Of a stretch of 58,564 nucleotides of DNA, positions 55,949-58,564 are shown piece after piece. Numbering within the stretch: the first letter of the stretch is position 1; the number at the start of each line of letters is the position of its first letter. The notes under the pieces were generated by a model. The model did no database searches, had not been told where the DNA came from, and saw only the letters and a list, made by a program, of their open reading frames with translations. The position numbers and the translations under genes are program-made. Source of the DNA: Planctomycetota bacterium (lineage in GTDB: Bacteria > Planctomycetota > Planctomycetia > Pirellulales > UBA7805). The stretch is from positions 1 to 58,564 of the forward strand of contig JAYYJN010000130.1 of assembly GCA_036146215.1 (NCBI GenBank), in the 5' to 3' direction.

Positions 55949-58564
55949 ATGAAATTCGCCTTCATAGTGCATCCTCTCTCCGAGGAAAGCAAAGCCCTTT
56001 GGCAGATGGATGACGGTGGTCAGTTACTATCCCATTGGGAAAATGGCAATCTCCTAGAAATCTGCGATTTCGTCCAAGGTCGCATGGCTGAAGGAGTCGC
56101 CTTTGGTAGTCGCGCTAAAGATTATCCGATTGTGCTCGATCAATTCGCGGGCTTGCGAACAAAAACCGGTTGTGAGACAGAGGGACGAGTCTACGAAATT
56201 CCGTGCAGTCCGAAGCAGATTCTCGAAGACCCCGCGACAGCTATCGAACAGACCCAGGCGGCCGTGAACATGGCTGCGGACTGGGGTGCGGGCATTGTTG
56301 GTCTCGGCTCACTCACCAGCGTTGTTGGCGGACATGGTCAGTACATTGCTGAGAATAGTCCAATCCCGATCACCACCGGGAACAGCCTCACAGTCTATGC
56401 GGCATTAAAAAATCTGCAGCATGCCTGCAGTGAACTGTCTATTGACCTTACCACCGAGACGGTGACAGTGATCGGTATCCCTGGCAGTATCGCCACGGCG
56501 ATTGCGAGAATGCTTCGAGAGAAAGTGGGAAACATGATCCTCGTTGCGCGTCGCCCTTCCCCGAGAGCGGCTCGTATCGCAGCCGAACTTGACAGCGAAC
56601 TTGTCTTTGATATTCCATCGGCCTTGGCGAATTCGCGGTTAATTCTTTCAGCCACATCGAGTGGTAGTTGCATCGCACAGGAGATGCTTCAGGCAGGCAG
56701 CGTGGTGATTGATGTGGGAGTTCCGGCCGACGTTACCCGTTCGGCGCGTCGTCGCAGCAATGTCCTTGTCGTCTCGGGAGGCCTTGTGGATGTGCCGAAA
56801 AGTTTTCTGGGTAAATCGATGCTATTGGGTTTCCATTTCGGACTCGTGCCAGGCTGTCTTGCTGAGACCATCAATTTGGCACTGGAGGATCGCGGGGAGA
56901 GTTTTTCGCTGGGTCGTGATTTAAGCATTGACCGAATTGAAGAGATTGGATCCATTGCCACGCGGCATGGGTTTTCCTTCTCGCAACTCTCTTCATACGG
57001 TCGACCGGTGCCCGATTCCCTTTGGGCAAGTATGAATAAAGTTGTGCTTTGTCGTTTGTCAGAACAAAATCCCGATGGCGAGGCTCGAAGTCGCGATGGT
57101 GTCGCCGAAGCGAAGGTGAATCAACACGTGAGCGACGGTTACGATGCAGATGCTCATGCCAGAAATGGTTTAAAACGATCAACCGACCACAAATCTGAAA
57201 AGCGGATTAAGCAAGAAGAATCCAAAATCAGAAACCGTCGTGCTCGAACACTTTTTCAGCGATATGTGAACCCCGTATTGGTCAATCTTGCCGAGCAAGG
57301 TGGACTCAACAAAACCTTCGTGCGAGGCGAAGACGCGGTGCTCACTGATGCCGAGGAAAATCACTACCTTGACTTTGTTTCTGGTTTTGGTTCGGTCAAT
57401 CTCGGTCACAATCACCCGAGGGTTGTGCAGGCGGTTCGTGAAGCACTCGACGAAAGTGTTGCTGGATTTTCTCCGGCGGCCATCAATCCATATGCTGCGA
57501 CTTTGTCGGAGCGACTGGTATCGATTGCGCCGGCGGGTCTGGAAATGGTCTTTTTCTGTAACAGCGGCACCGAATCGGTTGAGGCGGCTCTGAAACTTGC
57601 GCGGTCGGCGACCGGACGAACGGGGATTGTCTACTGTCATGGCTCCTATCACGGCAAGTCATTGGGTGCCCTTTCGGTTACCGGGAATCGTGGTTATCAG
57701 CGACCGTTTGCACCGCTGGTTCCGGATTGTCATCCGATTCCGTATGGCAACCTTGAGGTCCTCGAGAGAATCCTCGCGTCGCAGAATATGGCAGCGTTCA
57801 TCGTGGAACCGATCCAGGGAGAGGGGGGGATGATTCTTCCCCCGGCCGGTTATCTTGCGGAGGCAGAGCGTCTCTGTAGACAGGCGGGAACGCTAATGAT
57901 TGCCGATGAAGTCCAAACGGGAATGGGCCGCACAGGAACTATGTTTGCTAGTGAGCAAGCGGCGATTGAGCCGGATATTCTGTGCGTCGCCAAGAGCCTC
58001 AGTGGTGGGCTGGTGCCGATCGGTGCCATGCTGGCTCGTCGTGACCTCTGGATGAAGTCGTATGGCACTGTCGATCGATTTGCCTTGCACACCAGCACGT
58101 TTGGCGGGGGAAGTCTTGCCTGTGTTGCGGGCCTGGCGACAATTGAAACGCTCGTCGAGGAACGACTGGCCGAAAATGCAGCCCAAAGGGGTTTTCAAAT
58201 TCTGGAGGGCTTGAATGAGATTCGTCAGGAGTTACCAGATTATTTTCAGGATATTCGCGGACAGGGATTGATGATTGGTGTGGAACTCTCACCTCTGGCG
58301 GAATCGGTGATTACACATCTGAAGCGAACGGATTCGACGGGCATGCTGCAATATATGATGCAGGGAATGGATGCGATGATTGCCAGTTTCCCCACGGTTT
58401 TTCAAATGCAGATATTGCTTGAGCATTACCATATCTATACTCAAGTTGCACGTTCCAATCCTTTGGTATTGCGTATCCAACCGCCGCTCACGATCGATGC
58501 AGGTAAAGCGGCACATTTTATTACCTCCTTTTCCCGAACGTGTCGCCTTGGGCATAAAGTGGAA
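55949..58564 (+). CDS. Fusion protein: N-terminal acyl-ACP-reductase-like (AAR/HemA-type NAD(P)H thioester reductase) domain + charged linker + class-III (omega) aminotransferase; 872 codons, open at the right edge
   Basis: Absent from the ORF track. I translated it by hand: ATG at 55949, in-frame stop upstream at 55904, no stop to 58564, and the length is an exact multiple of 3. N domain: MKFAFIVHPLS..., GLGSLTSVVGG, TTGNSLTVYAA, VTVIGIPGSIATAIARML (Rossmann), and VPGCLAETINLALE (Cys303, codon 56855-56857), which aligns with the catalytic Cys region of cyanobacterial AAR. Aminotransferase domain: DFVSGFGSVNLGHNHP, FFCNSGTESVEAALKLAR, EPIQGEGG, IADEVQTGMGRTG, CVAKSLSGG (PLP Lys682, 57992-57994), HTSTFGG. 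Confidence 0.8.
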   Translation, partial: MKFAFIVHPLSEESKALWQMDDGGQLLSHWENGNLLEICDFVQGRMAEGVAFGSRAKDYPIVLDQFAGLRTKTGCETEGRVYEIPCSPKQILEDPATAIEQTQAAVNMAADWGAGIVGLGSLTSVVGGHGQYIAENSPIPITTGNSLTVYAALKNLQHACSELSIDLTTETVTVIGIPGSIATAIARMLREKVGNMILVARRPSPRAARIAAELDSELVFDIPSALANSRLILSATSSGSCIAQEMLQAGSVVIDVGVPADVTRSARRRSNVLVVSGGLVDVPKSFLGKSMLLGFHFGLVPGCLAETINLALEDRGESFSLGRDLSIDRIEEIGSIATRHGFSFSQLSSYGRPVPDSLWASMNKVVLCRLSEQNPDGEARSRDGVAEAKVNQHVSDGYDADAHARNGLKRSTDHKSEKRIKQEESKIRNRRARTLFQRYVNPVLVNLAEQGGLNKTFVRGEDAVLTDAEENHYLDFVSGFGSVNLGHNHPRVVQAVREALDESVAGFSPAAINPYAATLSERLVSIAPAGLEMVFFCNSGTESVEAALKLARSATGRTGIVYCHGSYHGKSLGALSVTGNRGYQRPFAPLVPDCHPIPYGNLEVLERILASQNMAAFIVEPIQGEGGMILPPAGYLAEAERLCRQAGTLMIADEVQTGMGRTGTMFASEQAAIEPDILCVAKSLSGGLVPIGAMLARRDLWMKSYGTVDRFALHTSTFGGGSLACVAGLATIETLVEERLAENAAQRGFQILEGLNEIRQELPDYFQDIRGQGLMIGVELSPLAESVITHLKRTDSTGMLQYMMQGMDAMIASFPTVFQMQILLEHYHIYTQVARSNPLVLRIQPPLTIDAGKAAHFITSFSRTCRLGHKVE

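Noticed and set aside
1-58564. Search for mobile elements, prophage, toxin-antitoxin or known defence systems
   Set aside because: No transposase, integrase or recombinase motifs were seen. There are no terminal inverted repeats, cas genes, restriction-modification signatures or small paired ORFs typical of TA modules. The tRNA-Gln is not flanked by an integrase or direct repeats.

Overview
This 58.6 kb window looks like an ordinary chromosomal region of a Planctomycetota-type genome. That assignment is an inference from YTV-type cysteine-rich repeat proteins, DUF11 envelope proteins, weak or absent Shine-Dalgarno sites and roughly 50% GC.

About 44 protein genes and one tRNA-Gln are supported. 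I found no transposase, integrase, CRISPR array, rRNA or recognisable defence system.

**Housekeeping content.**
- Left edge: uvrA (truncated), ilvN, ilvC, tdk.
- 12-22 kb: HIT and Trm112 proteins, an AraC regulator, lhgO, rex.
- 26-36 kb: the ffh-rpsP-trmD-rplS-yraN cluster, ygfZ, an MscS channel, mnmA, and prfB with its classical +1 frameshift.
- 40-49 kb: tyrS, ispD, an M50 protease, a NUDIX hydrolase, a SurA-like foldase and an aminotransferase.

**Envelope-related genes between them.**
- A protein with a (TGCN)n tetrapeptide array.
- A protein of about 15% cysteine built from near-identical 90-bp repeats.
- Two paralogous DUF11 (OmcB-like) proteins.
- An AsmA/TamB-like giant, a 1298-aa GH-like/CBM-like giant, and two GT4 glycosyltransferases.

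**Most interesting region (51.5-58.6 kb, right end).** It holds a vertebrate-type L-arginine:glycine amidinotransferase homologue and a divergently transcribed MMPL/RND exporter. It also holds an 872-codon open-ended ORF that is absent from the supplied ORF track. That ORF fuses an acyl-ACP-reductase/HemA-like thioester reductase domain, with its catalytic Cys conserved, to a class-III (omega) aminotransferase. I propose, as inference only, that this is an undescribed acyl-thioester to aldehyde to amine (possibly to guanidine) biosynthesis and export locus that continues past the window edge.

Functional calls rest on my by-eye motif and homology recognition. No database search was run.
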